Positions 31,266-40,192 of a DNA stretch of 64,000 bases are shown one piece after another. Under the pieces are notes generated by a model that was not told the DNA's origin, did no database searches, and saw only the letters and a program-made list of their open reading frames with translations. Source of the DNA: Clostridium sp. CAG:492 (GTDB taxonomy: Bacteria > Bacillota > Clostridia > TANB77 > CAG-508). The stretch lies in NCBI GenBank assembly GCA_000434335.1, contig FR878232.1, positions 5,066-69,065 on the forward strand, read 5' to 3'. The position numbers and the translations under genes are program-made. Position 1 is the first letter of the stretch. Each line of letters starts with the position of its first letter.

Positions 31266-32057
31266 ATGATTATAAAAACAGGATTTATTTCAAGAGTTGC
31301 CTTTACAATTGCAGGAATTGATATTTATTGGTATGCAGTTTTAATAGTTTCTGCAATTGTAATTGGAATAATATGGTCACTATTAAAAAGTGGCAGATAT
31401 AACATAAAATTTGATACAATTTTAGATTTATGCATATTTATGATTCCAATTTCAATTTTATGTGCAAGAGCATATTACGTGATATTTAATTTAAATTATT
31501 ACACAAATAATCCATTGGAAATATTAGATTTTAGAAATGGAGGACTTGCCATTTATGGAGGAATTATAGGTGCAGTTATAACGATAATTGTTTTTTGTAA
31601 AATTAAAAAAGTAAATATTTTAAATTTGACAGATTATATTGCACCAATAATTCCATTAGGACAAGCAATTGGAAGATGGGGAAACTACATAAATATTGAG
31701 GCATATGGAATAGAAACAAATTTACCATTAAAAATGGAAATAATAGAAAATGGAGTTACAAAATATGTGCATCCAACATTTTTATATGAGTCAGTTGGAA
31801 ATTTTATTTTATTTTTAATACTATTAAAAATGAGCAAAAATAGGAATTTTTCTGGACAAATTACTCTTTTATATTTTATAGGGTATGCGTTTATTAGATT
31901 TTTTATAGAAGGTCTTAGAACAGATAGCTTAATGATTGGAAATATAAGAGCTTCACAATTGTTATCATTAATTATTTTTATAATTTGTACAGTAGTTTAT
32001 ATAGTAATTGCAAAAAATAAAAGAATTAAATTGAAAGAGCGAGAAAATGTAAAATAG
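31266..32057 (+). CDS. lgt: prolipoprotein diacylglyceryl transferase
   Basis: Polytopic membrane protein with the Lgt signature AIGRWGNYIN. 263 aa. Confidence 0.75.
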   Translation: MIIKTGFISRVAFTIAGIDIYWYAVLIVSAIVIGIIWSLLKSGRYNIKFDTILDLCIFMIPISILCARAYYVIFNLNYYTNNPLEILDFRNGGLAIYGGIIGAVITIIVFCKIKKVNILNLTDYIAPIIPLGQAIGRWGNYINIEAYGIETNLPLKMEIIENGVTKYVHPTFLYESVGNFILFLILLKMSKNRNFSGQITLLYFIGYAFIRFFIEGLRTDSLMIGNIRASQLLSLIIFIICTVVYIVIAKNKRIKLKERENVK

Positions 32058-32370
32058 ATTATAAATATTATTGGGTTAACTAAAAAATATACAATTAGTG
32101 CAAAATGCTTTGTACAAAATTGTATATTTTTTATTGTGAGCATTAAACGATAAAAGAATAAGAAAAATAAAGAAATCCTGCATCTTTACTTAATGAGTTT
32201 ACATATAGCGGTATACAGAAATGCAAAAAATGTCATATTTTGTCGTACGAAAAATGCCTGAAAACGCAGTAAAATGAGAAGTTTTGTTGACTATTAAAAT
32301 TTTATATGTTATTCTAAATATAGTATATACATAAAATAGCAAGCATCAAAGTAAGAAGGAGATGGTTACT

Positions 32371-32523
32371 ATGTTACTAGATCAGATTTGTGAAGTTAGA
32401 AACAAGTTGAACAAAAGCATATTAACTGAAGATTTCAAGTGCACATATGAATTGAGTATAAAATTAGATGAGTTAATTGCAGCATATTATGAAGAACAAA
32501 AAATTTCAAATAAATGTATCTAA
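32371..32523 (+). CDS. Spo0E-family sporulation regulatory phosphatase-like small protein (50 aa), absent from the ORF track
   Basis: MLLDQICEVRNKLNKSI...ELSIKLDELIAAYYEEQ matches the Spo0E-like helical hairpin motif. RBS AGGAGA 9 nt upstream; terminator at 32559-32582. Confidence 0.45.
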   Translation: MLLDQICEVRNKLNKSILTEDFKCTYELSIKLDELIAAYYEEQKISNKCI

Positions 32524-32737
32524 ATGAACAACAGATATAAATTTTATATAAAAAATTGGAATGGCAACATTCCTTTTTTTGTGGATAATAGTGGATTTTA
32601 AATCAGATAGACTTATGCTTTTTGTGATAATTTTGTGAGAATGTGGATTTTAATGTTAAATCTATATACTGAAACAAATACTAAATGTAGATTTGTATTA
32701 TTAAAGCTTAAAAAAATAAAATTTTACGAAAAAAGTA

Positions 32738-32766
32738 TTGACAAACATTACCTAAAATATTATAAT
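32738..32766 (+). promoter_or_regulatory. consensus promoter TTGACA-N17-TATAAT for tRNA-Leu
   Basis: TTGACA 32738-32743; TATAAT 32761-32766. Confidence 0.55.
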
Positions 32767-32804
32767 AAGTCTTGTCGTAAGACAAATGCCAGTTTATAAC
32801 AAAT

Positions 32805-32892
32805 GCAGATGTGGCGGAACTGGCAGACGCACAGGACTTAAAATCCTGCGGTTGAATAAACCGTGCCGGTTCGATTCCGGCCATCTGCACCA
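32805..32892 (+). tRNA. tRNA-Leu (anticodon TAA), long variable arm, encoded CCA
   Basis: Cloverleaf: GCAGATG acceptor; anticodon loop CUUAAAA; TPsiC arm GGTTCGATTCC; ends GCACCA. Confidence 0.85.
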
Positions 32893-32893
32893 A
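32882..32893 (+). repeat. attL: 12-bp direct repeat CATCTGCACCAA at the tRNA-Leu 3' end
   Basis: Identical 12-mer at 41278-41289, downstream of the integrase. Confidence 0.6.
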
Positions 32894-33126
32894 GAATACA
32901 GATTAGAAATCAAATTTCTAACCTGTATTTTTTTGCGTGATTTCAAGAAAAAAGCTACATTTTATAGGTGCTTTGGAACTGTTCCAAAAAGTTCTAAAAA
33001 ATGCCCTATAATGTATATAAAATGTCGGGATTGCATGTCGGGAAAATTTTTAATCTTTGATAATTCTATCAAATACTCCCTTTATTTATTATTAGTCCTA
33101 TTCTGAGTATCAGAAAGGATATAGAA

Positions 33127-33501
33127 ATGGAATTTATACCATACAAAGCTCATGAATGTTTTGAACATTTATATTATCAAATACCAATGGAGTTATTCCT
33201 TAACAAAAATTATAAAGATAATTTAAATTCAGATAGCAAAATTCTTTATGGCTTTTTACTAAATAGACTAACATTATCAGCAAAAAATAATTGGGCTGAT
33301 GAAGAAGGAAATGTTTTTCTAATATTTACTAGAAAAGAAGTACAAGAATTACTGGGTTTATCTGATAAAACAGTTACAAAAGCTTTTAAGCAATTAAAGG
33401 ATTGTAAATTAACATATGAGAAAAAGCAAGGCGCAAATAAACCTAATTTGATTTATGTTGGAAAGATAGAACATGATAAAAATCTTATACAACATTCGTA
33501 A
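33127..33501 (+). CDS. RepA_N-family replication initiator (N-terminal wHTH domain), possibly truncated or frameshifted
   Basis: LYGFLLNRLTLSAKNNWADEEGNVFLIFTRKEVQELLGLSDKTVTKAFKQLKD is the RepA_N signature. Only 124 aa; the overlapping ORF 33473-33694 may be its displaced C-terminus. Confidence 0.5.
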   Translation: MEFIPYKAHECFEHLYYQIPMELFLNKNYKDNLNSDSKILYGFLLNRLTLSAKNNWADEEGNVFLIFTRKEVQELLGLSDKTVTKAFKQLKDCKLTYEKKQGANKPNLIYVGKIEHDKNLIQHS

Positions 33502-33699
33502 AAATTACGAGTCCAAAATCGTAAAATCTACGGCTCACGACACGGAAAATTTACGACCAAATTATAACAATAATAATTATAACAATAAAGTAAAAGGTAA
33601 AAATAGTTATTCAAATTATGAGCAAAGACATTATGATGATTTAAACTTCTTATATGCAAATAATAATTTTGAAAATAATGATGAAACGGAGTGATTTTA

Positions 33700-34062
33700 A
33701 TGAATTTAGAATATATAAAATATGGAGATTATAATTTACCTAATATATCAGTTCCTGAAGAAAGTAATGAAACAAAAGGAAAACATTTTGGTAAATATGG
33801 ATTATTAAGATTAACATTTTTGAAAGAGAATAGACAAGTTTTATACCAAGAATTATTACTTAATAATAAATTACACGAGCATTTAGTAAAAACAGATGAA
33901 GAAACAAATATAAAAGTAAATAACTTAATAAAAGAACTTGCAGAGCAAGAAAATGTTGACGAGAATTTAAAAGCAACTAACCAATTAGAATGGGTTCAAA
34001 AAATGAACAACATTAAAAATCGTGCAGAAGAAATAGTATTTAATGAGCTAATTTATGTATAA
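33700..34062 (+). CDS. TnpV-like transposon-encoded protein
   Basis: GKYGLLRLTFLKENRQVLYQELLLNNKLHEHL...LEWVQKMNNIKNRAEEIV resembles the Tn4451 TnpV family. ATG at 33700 follows the RBS ACGGAG. Confidence 0.5.
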   Translation: MNLEYIKYGDYNLPNISVPEESNETKGKHFGKYGLLRLTFLKENRQVLYQELLLNNKLHEHLVKTDEETNIKVNNLIKELAEQENVDENLKATNQLEWVQKMNNIKNRAEEIVFNELIYV

Positions 34063-34204
34063 ATATCTCTGACGATATTTTGAAAGCAAGCGTCGCATTT
34101 ATACTCCCGTACAAATACAGCTTGTCAGTTTTGAAACAAAAATGATTAATGGGGAAATTCTTCCCCAAACCCCTTTATTTTTTTAAGAAAGGAGTGCAAA
34201 TTTT

Positions 34205-34528
34205 ATGAGAAAAAGAAATATAAAAAAACAAATATGGATAAATTTTCAAGAAGATAATTTACTAAAAAAGAAATCAAAAGAAAGTGGATTAAGTGAATCT
34301 GAATTTATAAGAAGTTTAGTAAGAGGTTATAGAATAAAAGCACAACCTACTGAAGAAATAAAATCTTTTCAAAGAGAGTTATATGGAATAGCGAATAATA
34401 TAAATCAAATTGCAAGAATTGCAAATTCAAGATTAAGTGTTTCACACGATGATTATTCATATATTTCAAAAGAGCTTTCTGATTTTATTTTGAGATTTGA
34501 AAAAGAACTTTATTCAAGACAAAAATAA
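34205..34528 (+). CDS. MobC-family relaxosome accessory protein (RHH)
   Basis: SESEFIRSLVRG (RHH) and YGIANNINQIARIAN (MobC motif). Immediately upstream of the relaxase. Confidence 0.6.
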   Translation: MRKRNIKKQIWINFQEDNLLKKKSKESGLSESEFIRSLVRGYRIKAQPTEEIKSFQRELYGIANNINQIARIANSRLSVSHDDYSYISKELSDFILRFEKELYSRQK

Positions 34529-34542
34529 GGAGGCTTGCTGCT

Positions 34543-35841
34543 ATGGCTATTATAAAATATAAAGTTATACAAAAGAATTTAGAAGCTGTAATAAACTATG
34601 CCAAAAATGGAGATAAAATAGAAAAAGGGATACTTGTATGTGGCATAAATTGTTTGCCAGATACAGCATATTTCCAAATGATGCTCACAAAAAAGACATT
34701 TCATAAAGAAGATGGAAGGCTAGGTTATCATATAATTCAATCATTTAATGGAAAAGAGGTATCTCCTGAAAAATGTAATAGCATAGGTGTTGAATTTGCC
34801 AAAAGTCTATTTGGAGATAAATATCAGGTTTTAGTATGTACTCATATAGATAAAGAAAATGTCCATAATCATATCGTGCTAAATTCAGTTTCTTTTGTAG
34901 ATGGGCTTAAATACCACAATTCTAATGCAGAACTTGCTTTTTTAAGAGAAACAAGTGATGATTTATGTAGAAAGTATGGTTTATATGTTATTGAAAGTGA
35001 AAAAGCTGATAAAGAAAATGCTATTGCTAGAAATAGAACAAATAATTATAATCGCAATAGTGGCAAAATGGAGCTAATAAAAAACGATATTGATGAGGCA
35101 ATAAAGAATGCTAAAAAATATAAAGACTTTATTGATAACTTGGCTTATAAAGGCTATTATGTTAAAAAAAACAATAATGTAATATCTGTATCAACTCCAT
35201 ATTTTAATAGAAATATAAGACTTTCAAGAGCCTTTGGAGAAGATTATACCTTTGAAAATATTAAAAATAGAATTTATTATAGAGATTATCAATTTAAAGA
35301 AGATAAAGTATATAAAATTAGAATATATGAAGGTGTTAAAATTAATTCTGAATTATTAAAAATATCACCATTTTATAGATTATATGTGCATTTCTTATAT
35401 ATTTTAGGAAAATTACCACCTAAAATACGTTATGAAGAAAGAACACCAGAATATTACAGAGAAATAAATAAATTTAATAAGCTATGTGATGAGCTAAATA
35501 TGATTAGTGATTATAGCTTAACATCAATTACAGATATTCAAAATTTAAGGATTAAATATCTTGAAGAAATTTCACCTTTAAAAGCTCAAAGAGAAAAATA
35601 TAGAAAATTATATAATATAACCCAAAATGATGCCGATAAAACGATTCTCAAAGCAAAAATTAATCATTTAACTGAAGATATTGATAGATTGAATTCTAAA
35701 ATACAAACTTGCAGAAGAATTATTACTAAATTTGAAAAAGGAGAAAAAGAAGATTGGCTAATTCAGAAAAGATTTGAAAATAATAAGGAAATAAGTGAAA
35801 AAGAGATTTTGAAAAATAAAGATAATAGAAGAATAAGATAG
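34543..35841 (+). CDS. relaxase/mobilization nuclease (MobA/VirD2-type His-triad relaxase)
   Basis: HIDKENVHNHIVLN (HxDxxHxHxH motif III) with an N-terminal catalytic Tyr region. 432 aa. Confidence 0.65.
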   Translation: MAIIKYKVIQKNLEAVINYAKNGDKIEKGILVCGINCLPDTAYFQMMLTKKTFHKEDGRLGYHIIQSFNGKEVSPEKCNSIGVEFAKSLFGDKYQVLVCTHIDKENVHNHIVLNSVSFVDGLKYHNSNAELAFLRETSDDLCRKYGLYVIESEKADKENAIARNRTNNYNRNSGKMELIKNDIDEAIKNAKKYKDFIDNLAYKGYYVKKNNNVISVSTPYFNRNIRLSRAFGEDYTFENIKNRIYYRDYQFKEDKVYKIRIYEGVKINSELLKISPFYRLYVHFLYILGKLPPKIRYEERTPEYYREINKFNKLCDELNMISDYSLTSITDIQNLRIKYLEEISPLKAQREKYRKLYNITQNDADKTILKAKINHLTEDIDRLNSKIQTCRRIITKFEKGEKEDWLIQKRFENNKEISEKEILKNKDNRRIR

Positions 35842-35961
35842 CGATTAAATTTGCAATATTATGTAAAATATGGTATAATAAAAATTAGATACCGAATGGT
35901 ATTATAAAAAATAAATGGGCTATTTCAAGCCAAGTCCTATATGGGCGGAAAGGTTTTTATT

Positions 35962-36378
35962 ATGAAGATTAACAACAACTCTGCACTCTACACCAACTGT
36001 GTCTTCCTGGGTGGCACTTGTGCCAATTCTACCTGGAGAACCGATCTCATCAGCAAACTCAAGGACTCTGTTCCTTACTTCGACCCTCAGGTTCCTGACT
36101 GGACTCCTGAAGATGCCGAGCGTGAGGATGCATGCAAGCCCGTTGCTGGTATCAATGTTTTCGTCATCACTGGCGATGCACTCGGTACCTACTCTGGTTT
36201 CGAAATCTGTGAGGAAGCTCACCGTGCTCCTGAAAAGTTGGTTTTCGCCACTGTTGGTGAATTGCCTGAAAATCAGGTCAAGGGCATTGGAAAGATTAAG
36301 AAAGCTCTGATTGCAAAGGGATGCCGTGTTTGTGAGACTCTTGACGAGATCGCTGAAATTATCAACCAGGCATATTAA
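35962..36378 (+). CDS. high-GC (~50%) foreign gene; nucleoside 2-deoxyribosyltransferase-like (Rossmann/SLOG-like) protein, function unknown
   Basis: GC3-rich codons (CTG, GGC, ACC) in a 27% GC background. VFLGGTCA...GDALGTYSGFEICEEA resembles the NDT-like fold. ATG at 35962 follows GGAAAGG. Confidence 0.4.
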   Translation: MKINNNSALYTNCVFLGGTCANSTWRTDLISKLKDSVPYFDPQVPDWTPEDAEREDACKPVAGINVFVITGDALGTYSGFEICEEAHRAPEKLVFATVGELPENQVKGIGKIKKALIAKGCRVCETLDEIAEIINQAY

Positions 36379-36431
36379 TCCCAGTAAAAACAAGGTATTT
36401 GGTAGCTAGAACTCTTACAGCCTTATACCTC

Positions 36432-36470
36432 CACCGAATATTCAAGTATTCGGTGGTTTCTTTTTATTTT
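36432..36470 (+). terminator. bidirectional rho-independent terminator between convergent genes
   Basis: ACCGAATATTCAAGTATTCGGT hairpin followed by a T-run. Confidence 0.55.
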
Positions 36471-36784
36471 AGATTATTTTGATCAATCCAATGCAAAAAT
36501 TCCATATTTCCACCTTTAATTTCATAATACGAAATTTCAGCTATTTCATAATCATGTATTTTCTTGATTTCATTTTCTATTTCAGTAAATAAGCTTTCTT
36601 TTGTTCTAAATTCTAATTTATATTCATCGCATTCTTCTAATTCATTATTCCACCAATATTTGGAATGAACTTTAGAAAGTTGACATCCAGCTACTAATCT
36701 TTTTTCTAGTAATGTATCTACAATTTTATTTGCTATTTCTTCCTTATCACAAAATGTTGTTACAATTATATATTCATTTAGCAT
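36464..36784 (-). CDS. cutA: CutA1 divalent-cation tolerance protein family (PII-like fold)
   Basis: IIVTTF...LVAGC...SKYWW...HDYEIAEI...GGNMEFLHWIDQ matches conserved CutA positions. Confidence 0.55.
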   Translation of the reverse strand: MLNEYIIVTTFCDKEEIANKIVDTLLEKRLVAGCQLSKVHSKYWWNNELEECDEYKLEFRTKESLFTEIENEIKKIHDYEIAEISYYEIKGGNMEFLHWIDQNNLK

Positions 36785-36934
36785 TGATTTTCACTCCTTA
36801 AATTTAATATTAATGTTTTAGCATTCTTATAAGTTGTAGAATTTTCTCCATATCTACTTTTGATATCTTCAAGTCTTTTGATATAACCAACATCATGATT
36901 AAATCCTAATACAAATAAATCTTTTAATTCCATT

Positions 36935-37168
36935 TTAAACCTCTTTATTTAAAAATCTTTTTTCTGCTTCAATTACCTTAGCATTATTTTTTATTAATGG
37001 TTCTTCTATACCATCCTCATTTATGCAATTAATGTATTTAAAATCTCCACCAATTCTTGTATACTGATTTCCACCATCTATTGAACAAGCACCACACTTG
37101 CAACTTACACAATCGTGTAAATTTTTTGATTCAATTATATCATTACATTTTAAACATCTAATTTTCAT
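36935..37168 (-). CDS. small Cys-rich (zinc-ribbon-like) protein
   Basis: CLKCN...CVSCKCGAC...CIN Cys clusters. Overlaps the upstream nuclease gene stop. Confidence 0.35.
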   Translation of the reverse strand: MKIRCLKCNDIIESKNLHDCVSCKCGACSIDGGNQYTRIGGDFKYINCINEDGIEEPLIKNNAKVIEAEKRFLNKEV

Positions 37169-38195
37169 TATCTAATCCTTCTAACCTTTTCTTTATTTCT
37201 TCAGGAGATGGTAATAAATCTTTCATTTGCTCTGGTAAAGAATCATGAATCTTATATGTTGCAACTCCAATAGGTTTGTCACTATTACTCAAAGCATATT
37301 CTACAACAGTCCTATTTTTTTCTTTACAAATTATAATACCAATTGATGGATTTTCACTTTCCATTTTAACCTGTTTATCTAATACTGTTAAATAAAATTG
37401 TAATTGACCAACATATTCTGGTTTGAATTCGCCTATTTTTAATTCTATTGCAACTAAACTCTTTAAACTTCTATGATATAGAAGTAAATCAATATAAAAA
37501 TCATTTCCATCAACATTTAGATGATATTGATTACCCATAAATGCAAAATTTCCACCCATTTCTCCAAGAAAATCCTTTATATTGTCAACTAAAGCTCTTT
37601 CTAATTCTCTTTCAGAATGTTGTTCAGATAGTTCCATTATATCAAATATATACTCATCTTTTACTGCAAGTTTAGCTTGATTTACATACTTCTCAGGCAA
37701 AGTTTCATCGAAATTTGTCTGATTGATTAAATACTTTTCATAAGATTTATTTTCAATATGGTTAATTAGTACATCTTTCGACCAACCATATTTTTTTGTC
37801 ATCTTTATATAAAATTCTCTTTCCAGATTATCTTTGCATTTTTCTGTTATAACAATATTTTTAGTCCAACTAATTTCTCGCACGAGTGGTGCGAGATTTT
37901 CTATATCTTTATATGTAATATAAAAATTTCTCATTCTCCATAAATTGCTTGCAGAAAATCCTTTTACTTCTGGGAATTCTTTTTGAATTTCTTTTGCTAA
38001 AACTTCAACAATTGATTTTCCCCAGCCCTTTTCTTGCTGTTGGTTATATATTTCTTCTCCAATTCCCCAATACAAGTTAATTAGCGTTGTATTTACAGCT
38101 TTCATAGCTTCATATTGACTTTCTCTTATTTTATTTTTAATTTCAACAATAAAATTATTGTATTCTGCATTTATTAGATTGTTTTCCATTTTCAA
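37158..38195 (-). CDS. YhcG/DUF1016-family PD-(D/E)XK nuclease
   Basis: N-terminal ...TLINLYWGIGEEI...GWGKSIVEVLAKEIQKEFPEVKGFSASNLWRMRNFY is the YhcG signature. C-terminal D...ELK PD-(D/E)XK core (IDLLLYHRSLKSLVAIELKIGEF). Confidence 0.65.
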   Translation of the reverse strand: MKMENNLINAEYNNFIVEIKNKIRESQYEAMKAVNTTLINLYWGIGEEIYNQQQEKGWGKSIVEVLAKEIQKEFPEVKGFSASNLWRMRNFYITYKDIENLAPLVREISWTKNIVITEKCKDNLEREFYIKMTKKYGWSKDVLINHIENKSYEKYLINQTNFDETLPEKYVNQAKLAVKDEYIFDIMELSEQHSERELERALVDNIKDFLGEMGGNFAFMGNQYHLNVDGNDFYIDLLLYHRSLKSLVAIELKIGEFKPEYVGQLQFYLTVLDKQVKMESENPSIGIIICKEKNRTVVEYALSNSDKPIGVATYKIHDSLPEQMKDLLPSPEEIKKRLEGLDNEN

Positions 38196-38213
38196 CCTCC
38201 CAATAACATAAAA

Positions 38214-39161
38214 CTATTCAATATAATTATTTTTCTTTTGTCTGCTTTTGTTTATATTTTCTCTATTTCTACATTGTATAGTGTCATATTCAGACTTAAT
38301 ATTTTCTGCAATAAATGGTTTACCACAATGTTTGCATAGTTTTACTTCTGTTCTTCCAGAAGTTTCATTTAGAAGTAAGATAGTTTCTATTATTTCACTT
38401 AAAGACATAAAATTCCATTTGAATTTTATTTGCCCATCTTCAGCACTATATGAAATATTAGGCTTTTTTAAGCTATCTCCAGTGATACTTTCTTGATATA
38501 CTTGTCTTATATCTTCTGATACATCATCATAAAGGTAAGCACAAATTAAAAGCTTTTTATTGTATATAATTGTTGCAAAGTTAATAATTTCTGCAATAGT
38601 TTCAGCATAATTTTTTGAAAAAATTACATCATTAAGTCTATCTCCTTCAATTTGTTCAAAATCATCATTAAGACCAGTATTTCTGTGATAATCGTTTGCT
38701 TTCATTGTATTCGACCAGTCAATTTTTGAATCTTTCCAAAAATATTTCTTTTCAAATTCCAATGCACTTATAGAAGTATTATATCCTAAATTTACAGGGA
38801 TATCTCCATTATCCATAAATTCATAATTTTCTGGCAAATATCTAAAATTACCAAGTAATCCATAATTGCTTACAAATTCAAACACCAAATTTTGGAATTT
38901 TTCCATTTTACTTTGTGCTTCAATTGTTACTTCCTTATTGCCAAGTTTAAACATTTCATTACCAACTGATTCTTTTCCTATTACTAATAAATCTTTTAAT
39001 ATTTGATTTTTTACTTCAAATGGATCATAGGTACTTGGCTTTGCATTTTTATCTGGGAATATGTAATATTTATCGTCTTTTTTTTCAATGATATACTTAC
39101 TGTACTTACACCATTTTGCAGTAAATTTAATCTTTTCTTCTTTAATCATTTCACACCTCAT
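38214..39161 (-). CDS. hypothetical protein with a C-terminal zinc ribbon (CKHCG...CRNRE), operonic with the YhcG nuclease
   Basis: 315 aa. Likely start at the internal MIKEEK (39149), which has an AGGTG RBS. No recognised domain. Confidence 0.4.
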   Translation of the reverse strand: MRCEMIKEEKIKFTAKWCKYSKYIIEKKDDKYYIFPDKNAKPSTYDPFEVKNQILKDLLVIGKESVGNEMFKLGNKEVTIEAQSKMEKFQNLVFEFVSNYGLLGNFRYLPENYEFMDNGDIPVNLGYNTSISALEFEKKYFWKDSKIDWSNTMKANDYHRNTGLNDDFEQIEGDRLNDVIFSKNYAETIAEIINFATIIYNKKLLICAYLYDDVSEDIRQVYQESITGDSLKKPNISYSAEDGQIKFKWNFMSLSEIIETILLLNETSGRTEVKLCKHCGKPFIAENIKSEYDTIQCRNRENINKSRQKKNNYIE

Positions 39162-39359
39162 AAAAAATCTTATAAAATTTTATAAAACTAGTTGACTTTT
39201 ATAATAATATGTTATAGATTTGTAATAGCTAAGCTACTATACTATTTCGATAAGAAATAGTAAATATCTTACAACTATGTCTATATTATATAATTTTTAA
39301 AAAATATTGTCAATAGATGGTCACTTTACAAAAAACTTAAATTGAAGGGAGGATTGCTT

Positions 39360-39563
39360 ATGAATAAGGTACAAGTAAAAGAAAAGCCAATGCCAGTTAT
39401 TTATACTACTGCAGATATTTGCAAAATGTTTCATATTGGTAGAGTAAAATGTTTAGAGCTATTTCACAGAGCTGATTTTCCAGCACAGAAATATGGCAGA
39501 GGTTTTGGAATTGAAGCAAATGCTTTAGCAAATTATATGAGCTCTAGACACATTATTTCTTAA
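39360..39563 (+). CDS. excisionase-family HTH DNA-binding protein (Xis-like)
   Basis: YTTADICKMFHIGRVKCLELFHRADFPAQKYGRGFGIEANALANYM matches the excisionase/MerR-like HTH pattern. RBS GAAGGGAGG. Confidence 0.45.
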   Translation: MNKVQVKEKPMPVIYTTADICKMFHIGRVKCLELFHRADFPAQKYGRGFGIEANALANYMSSRHIIS

Positions 39564-39715
39564 AAAGAAAAAGAGATTTAGAAATGGCACTTCTAAACCT
39601 CTTACAAATCACATGGGAATGTCTTCCTATGTAAATTCTCTGAAATTATTATAGCACAAGTAAGTAATTACTTGCAAGACATTCCCTTTAAATTTTATTA
39701 TGAAGGGAGTAAAAA

Positions 39716-40027
39716 ATGAGCAAGAAAAAAGAATTTGTCGAAGGTATTGACTATGTTATTACTATAAGAAAAAGAAAGAAATTTATAAAAAATTCAAAGA
39801 AAAATATTTGTCCTATATGTGAAAATTGCAATCATAAAAATTTGTGTTTGAATAGAAGAAACAAAGAAACTATGGAAAGGTGTAACAAGTGCAAAAATTG
39901 TAGTGATTGTGAAAATTGCGATAAATTTCACTTTTATGATGAATATGAAGGAAGGTTGTTAAAACTTGGAACAAATGCAAATACAGGCAAAGCAATTAGA
40001 CAATCATTTTCTGGTAAGTCTGAATAA
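39716..40027 (+). CDS. Cys-rich hypothetical protein, in frame with the downstream integrase across a TAA stop
   Basis: CPICENCNHKNLC...CNKCKNCSDCENC. The C-terminal ...GKAIRQSFSGKSE resembles an integrase arm-binding segment. Confidence 0.35.
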   Translation: MSKKKEFVEGIDYVITIRKRKKFIKNSKKNICPICENCNHKNLCLNRRNKETMERCNKCKNCSDCENCDKFHFYDEYEGRLLKLGTNANTGKAIRQSFSGKSE

Positions 40028-40192
40028 ATCATTTTAGAAAAATTAAGAACACAGTTTATAAAAAATAAAGAAGAAGGAATAAAAGAAACAATTTATACAC
40101 CAAATGAAGTTTCAATAATTGAACTTGCTAATGAAATTGAAGAAAATAAATTCAGACTTTCTAAAACACATGGTTCAGGATACAATAGAAAT

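Noticed and set aside
32708-33106. ORFs 32708-32893 (minus) and 32786-33106 (plus) across the tRNA-Leu gene
   Set aside because: They overlap a structurally clear tRNA with its promoter and terminator. No RBS. The translations are tRNA-derived nonsense.
35920-36393. Minus-strand ORF 35920-36393 and plus-strand ORF 35999-36310 overlapping the high-GC gene
   Set aside because: High GC suppresses stop codons in all frames. Only the 35962-36378 frame has an RBS and a coherent protein-like composition.
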